A stretch of 64,000 bases of DNA from Anaerolineae bacterium (GTDB lineage Bacteria > Chloroflexota > Anaerolineae > S140-20), in the NCBI GenBank assembly GCA_034435435.1, contig DAOTXN010000052.1, positions 42,927-106,926 on the forward strand, written 5' to 3'. Every line of letters begins with the position of its first letter. The first letter of the stretch is position 1. A program made the position numbers and the translations under genes. Below the pieces are notes generated by a model. It did no database searches. It had not been told where the DNA came from and saw nothing but the letters and a program-made list of their open reading frames with translations. Positions 1 through 9,226 of this stretch are shown in pieces.

Positions 1-2019
1 CTGCTCAACCAGCAGTTCGATGTGCCCCAGCACCAATTCCACATCCCCCCGGCCACGTCTTATCTACGGCTACATGCGCTAAATCAGTACGGCGACGATC
101 TGTCATCCTTCCGCTTTACCGTGCTCGCAGCCAACGCGCAAAAACAGCCCGTGAGTGGTTTGGAAATCGGGCGCGGGGGATTGGGGGTGCGCGGTGTAGT
201 GCCTGTTAGCTACCAAGGCCAACACATCGGCAGCGCCGAATTCGGCCTTAACGTGGACCTGACCTTAATACAAGCGTTGAAAGAGCAGTTTGGCGCCGAT
301 TGGCAAATCCTGCTTAGTCGCGGCCCGGCTCAAGTCGCGACCTTTGAAGGTGCTACCGGCGAAGCCGCAGGCCCCATCCCCGACCTGCTCCTCCAGGCCA
401 GCACGCTCGAAACCCCTCTCTTCGGAAGTGATGACAGCTATCGGCGGGCGTTGGGTGGGAACATCAGCATCTCACGTACCGGATCCCGCCAACACAACTA
501 TGCTATCCTCAGTGCGCCTCTTTTGGACTATTCGGACAACGTCATAGGAGTGGTCGATATCATCTCTGAACGCACTGACGTTTTAACAGCCCAAAGCTCT
601 CGTTTTATCCAATCCATGGGCATCGTGTTGCTGACTCTTTTGACTGGCGGCATCGGCGTCGCTGTGTACATCACTCGCACACTACGCCCGATCAGTGCGC
701 TGACCGCAGCCGCCACGGATATCGCGGCTGGCGACCTCCAACGCGCCGCCGAGGTCGAAAGCCAAGACGAGATCGGCATGCTGGCCCGGGCTTTCAACAG
801 CATGACTGCGCAACTGCGCGAGCTGATCAACTCGCTCGAACAACGCGTGACCGAGCGCACACGAGACCTAGAAGAAAGCCACCATCGCATCCAGCGCCGA
901 GCCGCCCAATTGGAAGCCTCGGCCCGGGTGGCCCACGCGGCTGCCTCTGTACTCGACCCGGACGAGCTCTTGCGCCAAATTGTCCATCTCATCTCCGATT
1001 CCTTTGGACACTACCACACGGGCATTTTCACTCTGGACGAGACCGGGCGCTGGGCCGTGTTGCGGGCCGCCAACAGCGCAGGTGGACAGCGCATGTTAGC
1101 CCGTGGACACCGGTTAGAAGTGGGAGTGACGGGTATTGTAGGCAACGTCGCCCACACCGGCCACCCCCGCATCGCTCTCGACGTTGGAGCAGATGCTATT
1201 TACTTCGACAATCCCGATCTGCCAGAAACCCGTTCCGAAATGGCCCTGCCGCTCAAAGCTCGCGGTCAAACCATCGGTGTCCTCGATGTGCAAAGCACTC
1301 ATCCGGATGCTTTTGATCAAGAAGACATTGCCGTATTGAGCACCCTAGCCGACCAGGTCGCCGTTGCCCTGGATAACGCCAGGCTTTACCAAGCCAGCCA
1401 AAACGCCTTGACCCAGGTACAGGCCATCCAGAGCCAATATGCACAGCAGGCCTGGCACACCTACGCCGATCAGCTCAAGCCACAGTTGTACGAATTTCGC
1501 CTCAAACGACCGGACGCCGGTGTATCAGACGACTCGCCTATTGTCACTCTTGACGCCGACAGCCCGACCCAAGATGATCAAGCCACCATGTCCGTCCCGT
1601 TGCACGTTCACGGCCAAGTGATCGGCGCGTTAGGCTTGCAAGATGCGCCTGGCCGCACCTGGACCGACGATGAAATCGCGCTCGTCGAAACCATTGCCGA
1701 TCAGATTTCGCAAGCTATGGAGGCGGCCCGCCTGTTCGAAGAAACCCAACGCCGGGCGCAGCGAGAACAACTCCTCACCGCAATCACCGACAAGATTCGC
1801 TCTGCTCACGACATGGACGGCGTCCTACGCATCGCGGTGCAAGAGATGCGTCGCGCTCTGGGCGTGAGCCACGCCGCCATCCGCTTGGGCACTGAGACGC
1901 ATTTGCAACGCACTTCAAAAACACCCGGCCCCACATCCGCAGTCCCAAAAAACGGTGATGCGTCGGAACCGGCGAGTGCCAAGCCCGAACTAGACGCAGG
2001 AGACGGCCGAGATGATTAA
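1..2019 (+). CDS. Sensor protein (5' end outside window): Cache-like extracytoplasmic domain, TM, HAMP, two GAF domains, no enzymatic output domain
   Basis: The frame is open from base 1, so the GTG at 22 is probably internal. TM IVLLTLLTGGIGVAVYI is followed by HAMP signature DEIGMLARAFNSMTAQL. GAF signatures: YHTGIFTLD, LPETRSEMALPL, GVLDVQST. The stop overlaps the next start by 8 nt. Confidence 0.75.
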   Translation: MLNQQFDVPQHQFHIPPATSYLRLHALNQYGDDLSSFRFTVLAANAQKQPVSGLEIGRGGLGVRGVVPVSYQGQHIGSAEFGLNVDLTLIQALKEQFGADWQILLSRGPAQVATFEGATGEAAGPIPDLLLQASTLETPLFGSDDSYRRALGGNISISRTGSRQHNYAILSAPLLDYSDNVIGVVDIISERTDVLTAQSSRFIQSMGIVLLTLLTGGIGVAVYITRTLRPISALTAAATDIAAGDLQRAAEVESQDEIGMLARAFNSMTAQLRELINSLEQRVTERTRDLEESHHRIQRRAAQLEASARVAHAAASVLDPDELLRQIVHLISDSFGHYHTGIFTLDETGRWAVLRAANSAGGQRMLARGHRLEVGVTGIVGNVAHTGHPRIALDVGADAIYFDNPDLPETRSEMALPLKARGQTIGVLDVQSTHPDAFDQEDIAVLSTLADQVAVALDNARLYQASQNALTQVQAIQSQYAQQAWHTYADQLKPQLYEFRLKRPDAGVSDDSPIVTLDADSPTQDDQATMSVPLHVHGQVIGALGLQDAPGRTWTDDEIALVETIADQISQAMEAARLFEETQRRAQREQLLTAITDKIRSAHDMDGVLRIAVQEMRRALGVSHAAIRLGTETHLQRTSKTPGPTSAVPKNGDASEPASAKPELDAGDGRDD

Positions 2020-5000
2020 CTCACCTCGCAAAACCAAACCAATCAAACCTTTCTCTCTCTTGCAGCGCGTCCACCAAGCCAGCCGGGCCATTGCCGCCGC
2101 GCGCGACGAACCGGCCATCGGCCAGGCGCTTATAGCATTTGCCGCTTCGGGCGACGTACACGCTGCACGTTTGCTCATTTTTACTGACGATCACCCCCCC
2201 TCTATCGAAATGAGGGAAGGCTGGACTATCGATGATCGCCCGGCCCAACCTTATGGCGTTTGTCTGCCTCTGGATGATTATCCATTACTGGAGTATATAA
2301 CGGCAGACGAGCTTCTTATCTGTGAAAACGTCAAAACCGACGAACGACTAAACGAGCCTACTCGCACAATGATGGCTGTTTCCGGCCTGGAATCCTTTGC
2401 CGTCATTCCTCTCACTTCGACCGTAACCGATTCGTGGCTTGGCGCGGTCATCGTGGGACGCGACGATCCCTCCACGTTCGACAAAGAGTTTGTCTACGCC
2501 TGGTGGACGCTGGCCGGTCAGGCCGCTGCTGCGCTAGAAAACCTGCGTCTGTTGGAGCGTGTCGAGCAAGACCGCCAACGCTATTGGGATCTGTACAATC
2601 ACGCTCCCGACTGCTACTTTTCCATTGGACCTGATGGCGACTTGCTTGAATTCAACGACACAGGATTGCTGTGGCTGGGTTACGAACGTCAAGACGTGAT
2701 CGGCAAAATGCGCATGCCCGACATCCTCGCATCACACAGCAAGCCGGCCTTTCTGGCCTTGTTTCCCCAACTCAAAACCCAGGGGCAAATCAGCAACGTT
2801 GAGATCGAATTTCAAAGACGTGATGGTACGATTTTCCCCGTTCTCATCGACGCCACTGCGCTTTACGATTCTGATGGCAAATTCCTACGCGGACGAACTA
2901 TTGCCCGCGACATCACTGCACGCCGCACGACCGAAGCCGCGCTTCGCGAGAGCGAAACAAAACACCGTTTACTGTTGAACAGCATCCTATCGCCCATCTT
3001 GGCCGTGCAAGATGACATGACTATCTTGTACTGTAATCAGACCTACGCCGACCTGGTGTTGCTGCCCGCGCACGCGCTAGAAGGCGCTAATCTATTGAGT
3101 GTGTTCCCGGACTTTGAAAAAACTGAATCGTATGCAGCCTTTATGCAGGCCCTCAGGACCGGGAAAAACCAAATCGCTAGGGGCCCCCTGGGTCATCGCT
3201 ACGTGGAAGCCTACATCTATCGCACTCCGTGGGGCATCCTATCGGTGGCCCAAGACGTGACCGAACGCGAACAGGCCACGGCCGAACGCGAGCGCCTGCT
3301 CACTGACTTGGGCAAACGCGCCCTTCAGCTTCAGACCGCGGCCCAAGTCTCTCGGGTGGCCAGCAGTATCATTGATCTGAACGAACTGCTTCAACAAACC
3401 GTAGACCTGATTCGCGATCGTTTTAATCTGTACTATGCTGGAATTTTCTTGATCGACGAGCAGGGTGATTGGGCTGTTCTACGCGCTGGCACCGGCGAGG
3501 CCGGCCGCACCCAGATCGAACATCAACACAAGCTCCAAGTAGGTGGTGAATCTATGATCGGGCAGTGCGTGATCACCGCCCAAGCACACATCGCTTTAGA
3601 CGTCGGCGAAGAACCACACCGCTTTAACAATCCCTATCTGCCCGCCACACGCTCCGAAATGGCCCTACCGCTGATCAACCGCGGCCAGGTCATTGGCGCA
3701 ATGACGATTCAGAGCACTCAAGAAGCTGCTTTTTCCTCAGAGGACATTTCGGTCCTGCAAACTATGGCCGACCAACTCGCCAACGCAATCCAAAATGCCC
3801 GACTGCATCAAGAGCAACAGCAACACGCTAAAAAACTGGCCGACCTACACGATGTGTCGGTAGAACTGGCCCAGGAGACGCAAGACCTGAACACGGTGTT
3901 CGATATCATCACCCGGCGCACGATGTCGCTGCTGGATGCCGATGGGGCCGGTGTGTGGTGGTGGCACGCGGACGAACAGGAACTAGAGCTTGTTTATACC
4001 TTGCAGGTGGGCGACGTGGCAATGACCGGGCGGAGGCTCAAACCCGGTGAGGGGCTGAGCGGACGCGCTTTTACCGAGGGTAAACTTCAGATTGTAGACG
4101 ACTATCTGGCCTGGACAGGAAGCGCCGCTGCATTTGACGACGCCCCTTTCTTTTCCGCTCTGGCCGCACCGATGATCTGGCGTGGTCAGACCATCGGTGT
4201 TCTAGCTATCACACGCAGCCAACCGGGTTATCCCTTTGCCGCCAACGAGCAACACTTGGCCGAGTTAATGGCTGGCCAAGCCGCTGCCGTTATTCAAAAC
4301 ACCTTTCTTTTCCAACAAACACAACAACAACTCCAAGACCTGACGGTGCTATTAGACACTAGCGCAGCCGTCTCCACCTCGCTGGACACAGACCAAATCC
4401 TGCACACCACGGCCCAGCACATCACCCGCGCCCTGGCAGCCGATGGCTGCGCTATTTCCATCTGGGATCAGGAACAAGACCTCCTCGTCACCCAGCTCGA
4501 TTATGCTTGCCAATCCGACACAACCGTGACCGAAGCCGCCGGAACGACTTACCCTCTGGCCGATTATCCGGCTTCGCGCCAAGTGCTCATCACACGCCAG
4601 CCTCATGTCGTGCAGATCAGCGACCCCAATGCTGACCCAGCCGAAAAAGCATGGATGATCAGCCAAAAAATCGCTTCCGCGCTCATGGTTCCACTGATCG
4701 TACGGGACCAGGTGATTGGCATGTTGGAACTTGTGCAAGCTACGCGAAGCGGAGAACGTCCTTTCACGCCGAATCAGATTGCACTGTGTCAGACCTTGTC
4801 TAACCAGGCGGCAGCTGCTCTGGATAATGCTCAACTGTTCAAGGAACGCTCTCAACGCGTCGAAGAATTGGCCGCTTTGAACACAGTAGCCACCGCCGCC
4901 AGCCGGTCGCTGGAAATTCAGGAACTCTTGGACGCCGCCCTCGATGCGGCCATCACGGCCTTGGGCTATGACGCCGGCCTGATCAGCCTCTACGACGAAC

Positions 5001-7009
5001 CATCGGCCTGTCTTTATCTGACTTCACAACGCCATATTCCCGATCCGATGGTCAGGCACTTTGAACAGCACGGCCTGGGCGGAACCCTGTGTGACGTGGT
5101 TTTTCAAACCGGAAAGGCTCTGCTCATAAGCGACGTCTTGCAGGGTACTCCAGTAGACGTAAGCGGTCTCGTCAAAAATGGTCTGCGGGCGTATGCCGGC
5201 GCTCCCATTGTGCACCAGGACAAAATTCTGGGCACCGTCTGCCTCTTTCACCGCTCGGTCTATGAATTGAGCGCCGCCCGACTCGGCCAACTCGAAGCCA
5301 TCGGGCGACAGCTTGGCGTTGGGGTTGAAAACGCACGCCTATTTGAAAGCGCCCAACGCGCCTCTACAGAACAACAAAGACGCGCCGAAGAGCTGCGCGT
5401 CATCAACGAACTGGGCCAAACCTTGACCGCCATTCTCGACATCGATCAAGTGCTCTATGAAACCTACCAGGGCGTTTCGCGTCTGTTGGATACCACCAAC
5501 TTTTACATTGGCCTGTACGATGCCGAGACCCACTCGGTCACTTTTCGGCTCAACATCACCGAGTCTGAAATCGACAAGGAAATCACCACCATATCCGCCG
5601 ACCGAGGTCTTACCGGGTACATTATCCGCAATCGCACCAGCCTATTGATCCCGGAGAATCTGCGAGATTGGCTCAAACAGCATGGCATGGAAAGCGTAGG
5701 GCAACCGGCTGCCTGCTGGTTGGGTGCACCGTTGATGGTGGGTGAACGGGTCATCGGTGTGATGGCCATACAAGACTACCGCACACCGCTTCTGTACGAC
5801 GAACATGACCGCGACGTATTTTTCACTATTGCCAATCAGGCAGCTGTTGCCATCCAGAACGCTCGATTGTTTGACGAGACGCGCAGACGGATTGAAGAGC
5901 AGACCACGTTGGCTGAAATGGGCCGCACTTTGACAACCATGCTAGACGTAGCAACTATCGTCGAAAACATCTACCAGTACACGGCCCGTCTGATGGACAC
6001 CACCAACTTTTACGTCGCTATGTATGATCCAGAGACCGAGGAAGTATCGTTTCCACTGGCCATCGAAAAAGGAGAACGTGTCCCGTGGCGCTCACGACGG
6101 CTGGGTAAAGGGCTAACCGAGCGTGTCATTCACAGCCGTGAACCAGTGCTGATCGCAGAAAATATTTTCCAATGGCTAGCCAGTCAGGGCATAGAAGCCA
6201 TCGGCGCAGAAGCGCAATCATGGCTAGGCGTGCCGATGATGATAGGTCAACAAGTCATAGGCGTTATTGCCGTTCAGAGCTACACCACACCTCGCCTATA
6301 CAACAAGCGGGATCAAGATGCTCTCATTGCCATTGCTAACCAGGCCGCCATCGCTATCCAAAACGCCCGATTGTTCGAGCAGACCCAAACAGCCCTGGCC
6401 GAAGTAAAAGCCACCCACCGTCGCTACCTGCGCGAGCAATGGGAAGGCATATTAGATGCCACTCCCGACCGCGCCTGGGGTTACGTGGATGGGCCAGCAG
6501 GTCTGTCTCCCGCCGCTACCTTGTGGACAGACGAAATTGAACAGGTTATTGCTACCGGTGAGTTAGTCACCCTCACTGGGCGCCCCAGTCAGGAGTCGAA
6601 CCTATCGGACGGCCCCGCGTCTGACACGCCCCAACGCAGCGCCCTGGCTGCACCCATTCGCCTGCGCGGCCAAACCATTGGCGTGCTAGACTTTTACAAC
6701 GAGGGAGGCCAGCGTCGCTGGACCGACGACGATAAAGCGTTGGTCCAAGCCTTGGCCGACCAGATTGCCCAGGCCCTCGAGACCCAGCGCCTGTTCGAAC
6801 AAACCCAGCGCCGCGCCTACCGTGAGCGCTTGACCAGTGAGATCGCCGGCAAGATCCGCGCCGCAAGTGACGTGCATAGCATATTGGAAACCGCCGCCGA
6901 GGAATTGGGACGGGCGCTGGGCGTGTCGCGCACTCTGGTCCATCTGGGTAGCTCGATAGATGGTTCCCAACTAGCGAGTTCTAGTGACACAGACGATAAA
7001 GAGGTTTGA
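2012..7009 (+). CDS. Soluble 1665-aa multi-domain sensor: N-terminal GAF, two PAS-like domains, about eight further GAF domains, no output domain
   Basis: No TM segment. PAS-like blocks: RRDGTIFPVLIDATALYDSDGKFLRGRTIARDITARR and WGILSVAQDVTERE. GAF ends of type LADQ.A.AIQNARL recur many times. It carries the same YYAGIFLID / LPATRSEMALPL / GAMTIQST GAF type as its neighbours. Confidence 0.75.
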   Translation: MINSPRKTKPIKPFSLLQRVHQASRAIAAARDEPAIGQALIAFAASGDVHAARLLIFTDDHPPSIEMREGWTIDDRPAQPYGVCLPLDDYPLLEYITADELLICENVKTDERLNEPTRTMMAVSGLESFAVIPLTSTVTDSWLGAVIVGRDDPSTFDKEFVYAWWTLAGQAAAALENLRLLERVEQDRQRYWDLYNHAPDCYFSIGPDGDLLEFNDTGLLWLGYERQDVIGKMRMPDILASHSKPAFLALFPQLKTQGQISNVEIEFQRRDGTIFPVLIDATALYDSDGKFLRGRTIARDITARRTTEAALRESETKHRLLLNSILSPILAVQDDMTILYCNQTYADLVLLPAHALEGANLLSVFPDFEKTESYAAFMQALRTGKNQIARGPLGHRYVEAYIYRTPWGILSVAQDVTEREQATAERERLLTDLGKRALQLQTAAQVSRVASSIIDLNELLQQTVDLIRDRFNLYYAGIFLIDEQGDWAVLRAGTGEAGRTQIEHQHKLQVGGESMIGQCVITAQAHIALDVGEEPHRFNNPYLPATRSEMALPLINRGQVIGAMTIQSTQEAAFSSEDISVLQTMADQLANAIQNARLHQEQQQHAKKLADLHDVSVELAQETQDLNTVFDIITRRTMSLLDADGAGVWWWHADEQELELVYTLQVGDVAMTGRRLKPGEGLSGRAFTEGKLQIVDDYLAWTGSAAAFDDAPFFSALAAPMIWRGQTIGVLAITRSQPGYPFAANEQHLAELMAGQAAAVIQNTFLFQQTQQQLQDLTVLLDTSAAVSTSLDTDQILHTTAQHITRALAADGCAISIWDQEQDLLVTQLDYACQSDTTVTEAAGTTYPLADYPASRQVLITRQPHVVQISDPNADPAEKAWMISQKIASALMVPLIVRDQVIGMLELVQATRSGERPFTPNQIALCQTLSNQAAAALDNAQLFKERSQRVEELAALNTVATAASRSLEIQELLDAALDAAITALGYDAGLISLYDEPSACLYLTSQRHIPDPMVRHFEQHGLGGTLCDVVFQTGKALLISDVLQGTPVDVSGLVKNGLRAYAGAPIVHQDKILGTVCLFHRSVYELSAARLGQLEAIGRQLGVGVENARLFESAQRASTEQQRRAEELRVINELGQTLTAILDIDQVLYETYQGVSRLLDTTNFYIGLYDAETHSVTFRLNITESEIDKEITTISADRGLTGYIIRNRTSLLIPENLRDWLKQHGMESVGQPAACWLGAPLMVGERVIGVMAIQDYRTPLLYDEHDRDVFFTIANQAAVAIQNARLFDETRRRIEEQTTLAEMGRTLTTMLDVATIVENIYQYTARLMDTTNFYVAMYDPETEEVSFPLAIEKGERVPWRSRRLGKGLTERVIHSREPVLIAENIFQWLASQGIEAIGAEAQSWLGVPMMIGQQVIGVIAVQSYTTPRLYNKRDQDALIAIANQAAIAIQNARLFEQTQTALAEVKATHRRYLREQWEGILDATPDRAWGYVDGPAGLSPAATLWTDEIEQVIATGELVTLTGRPSQESNLSDGPASDTPQRSALAAPIRLRGQTIGVLDFYNEGGQRRWTDDDKALVQALADQIAQALETQRLFEQTQRRAYRERLTSEIAGKIRAASDVHSILETAAEELGRALGVSRTLVHLGSSIDGSQLASSSDTDDKEV

Positions 7010-7046
7010 ACAGTATCACTTGCTCACTCTGTCAAGCGAGGCATAA

Positions 7047-9176
7047 ATGAAGAAAAGGGCTACCAGACACATCTGGACAGTAAGGCAAAGCATCAGGACA
7101 AGATTGTTGCTCTTGCTATTGAGCCTGACGACGGTATCAGTAGTCGTCATCGCTTATCTTGGCGTCAACTCGATTTCGAGAGCAGGGCAGAGCGCCCAAC
7201 AAACTGCCACTGCGACGCTACGCACTCAAGCTGAGGAATTCCTCGTCCAACTTACGGTAGGCGCCGCAAAGCGAGATGACCTCGTTTTGGAGCGCGCGCG
7301 CCAGGATGCCAAGAACGTGGCAAGCTTTGCCGCAGGCATCTTTGAGCAACCGGATGCTTTTGCCAGCGAGAGATACTGGCGTGCTCAAAACCACATGTTT
7401 GTGGGAGCAGAGGGTCAATATATCAACGGAGAAAATGATATTAGCACGGTCTTTGTGCCTAACAGCATATCGGTTGACCCTGAGCTAATAAGAAACCTGG
7501 AGTTGACGGCGTATCTGGACTTGCTGTTTGCCTCTGTCTATGAAAGCAACCCCAATTCAGTCGCCATTTATATTATCACTAAACAAGGGGTCTCCCGCCT
7601 CTACCCCAACATCAATCTGGGCGACATTCTTCCGGCAGACTTTATGGCTACTGAGGATATTTTTTACACCAGCGGGACGCCGGAAAGTGACCCGGAGCGC
7701 GCGGTGATCTGGACGCCGGTTTATAACGACCCCGCGGGTCAGGGATTACTTGTCACAGCCGTGGCGCCTATTTATTCCAGTCAGCAAGAATTCTTGGGAA
7801 TCATTGGCATTGACGTCAGCCTGACCAAACTCAGCGCCGACATCGAAGCCACTACCCCGATAGCAGGCGGTTACGCTTTCCTCATTAACGAGCAGGGACA
7901 CGCCATTGCGCTACCTGCACAGGGATACTCTGATATCCTGGGGCGCGCACGCGAGAGCGGCGAGTTGGGAACCGATCTTACCGGCGCAGACCCCGCCTTT
8001 GCGCCTGTTATCAGCGAGATGATGGCTGGATCTACCGGCTTTCAGAGCGTCCAAGAAGGCAACAGAGAACTGTTTGTAGCCTATGCCCCTTTGAGTGGCA
8101 CCAACTGGAGTCTGGCCAACGTGGTCGAGGTAGAGAAGATGCTTCAGGCTGTTGCTGCTATGAAGAAAGAAGTCGAATCCTCGACCCAGGAATTGATCTC
8201 GACGCGCATCCTACCGGCTGGTGGGATTATCCTCATCATCGCGGCAGTGGCCGGCCTTTTTTCGACCAATCGTCTGATCAAACCCATCCAGAGCCTGGCG
8301 ACGGCTGCACAACAAATCGGCAGCGGCAGATGGGATACGCCGCTCCCGCCAGTCAGCGACGATGAAATTGGCGTCCTGACCAGAACATTTGGAACAATGT
8401 CCGCACAGATCCGCGAACTGGTTACGGGCCTAGAAGCGCGTATCGCCGAGCGCACCGCCGATCTGGCCGCCCATGGTGAAAAGCTGGAAAGCGCCTATCG
8501 CACGCTTGAAGACACAGTTCACCAAAGTCAGCGTCGCGCCGAACTGCTTCAAGCCAGCGTCCAAGTCAGCCGCGCTGTGGCGCAGATTCACGATCTAGAC
8601 CTACTGCTCCCAAAAATGACCCAACTCATCAGCCAGCACTTTGGCTTTTACCACACCGGTATCTTTCTCATTGACAGGCCTAGCGGTTATGCCGTGCTGC
8701 GCGCCGCCAACAGCCCCGGCGGACGGCGCATGCTGGCTCGCCAGCATAAATTGCGCGTCGGCTCTGAAGGCATCGTAGGCTACGTGACCAGCACAGGGCG
8801 GCCCCGCATCGCCCTGGATGTGGGTATTGACGCTGTACACTTCAAGACGCCCGAACTACCCGAGACCCGCTCCGAGATGGCCGTGCCGCTACGCAGCAGC
8901 GACGAGATCATCGGCGCACTCGATGTGCAGAGCACCCAAGAGGCTGCCTTTGACGAAGAGGATATTGCCGTGCTAACGGGCTTGGCCGACCAAATCGCCA
9001 TCGCCATCCAAAACGCTCAACTTTTCCGACAGACCCAGGCAGCCCTGGCCGAAGCCGAAAAAGCTTATCGCCGCTACTTGCGCGATGAATGGGATAGATT
9101 CCTGGCGGGCGAGGCGCAACGCCCATCTCGTGGCAGCGGCGCGTTTTCACACGTGAGCGAGATCGACCATAACTGA
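7047..9176 (+). CDS. Membrane sensor: N-terminal TM, dCache-like domain, TM, HAMP, single GAF; the shortest paralog (lacks the C-terminal module of its neighbours)
   Basis: TM LLLLLLSLTTVSVVVIAYLGV. Cache-like block: GLLVTAVAPIY...FLGIIGIDVSL. HAMP: DDEIGVLTRTFGTMSAQI. GAF: FGFYHTGIFLID, LPETRSEMAVPL, GALDVQSTQ. It ends shortly after the YRRYLRDEW linker. Confidence 0.75.
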   Translation: MKKRATRHIWTVRQSIRTRLLLLLLSLTTVSVVVIAYLGVNSISRAGQSAQQTATATLRTQAEEFLVQLTVGAAKRDDLVLERARQDAKNVASFAAGIFEQPDAFASERYWRAQNHMFVGAEGQYINGENDISTVFVPNSISVDPELIRNLELTAYLDLLFASVYESNPNSVAIYIITKQGVSRLYPNINLGDILPADFMATEDIFYTSGTPESDPERAVIWTPVYNDPAGQGLLVTAVAPIYSSQQEFLGIIGIDVSLTKLSADIEATTPIAGGYAFLINEQGHAIALPAQGYSDILGRARESGELGTDLTGADPAFAPVISEMMAGSTGFQSVQEGNRELFVAYAPLSGTNWSLANVVEVEKMLQAVAAMKKEVESSTQELISTRILPAGGIILIIAAVAGLFSTNRLIKPIQSLATAAQQIGSGRWDTPLPPVSDDEIGVLTRTFGTMSAQIRELVTGLEARIAERTADLAAHGEKLESAYRTLEDTVHQSQRRAELLQASVQVSRAVAQIHDLDLLLPKMTQLISQHFGFYHTGIFLIDRPSGYAVLRAANSPGGRRMLARQHKLRVGSEGIVGYVTSTGRPRIALDVGIDAVHFKTPELPETRSEMAVPLRSSDEIIGALDVQSTQEAAFDEEDIAVLTGLADQIAIAIQNAQLFRQTQAALAEAEKAYRRYLRDEWDRFLAGEAQRPSRGSGAFSHVSEIDHN

Positions 9177-9226
9177 CAAGCCCGACGGGAACACATTCTT
9201 CCTATCGTCGGGTTGGAGGCAAAACA

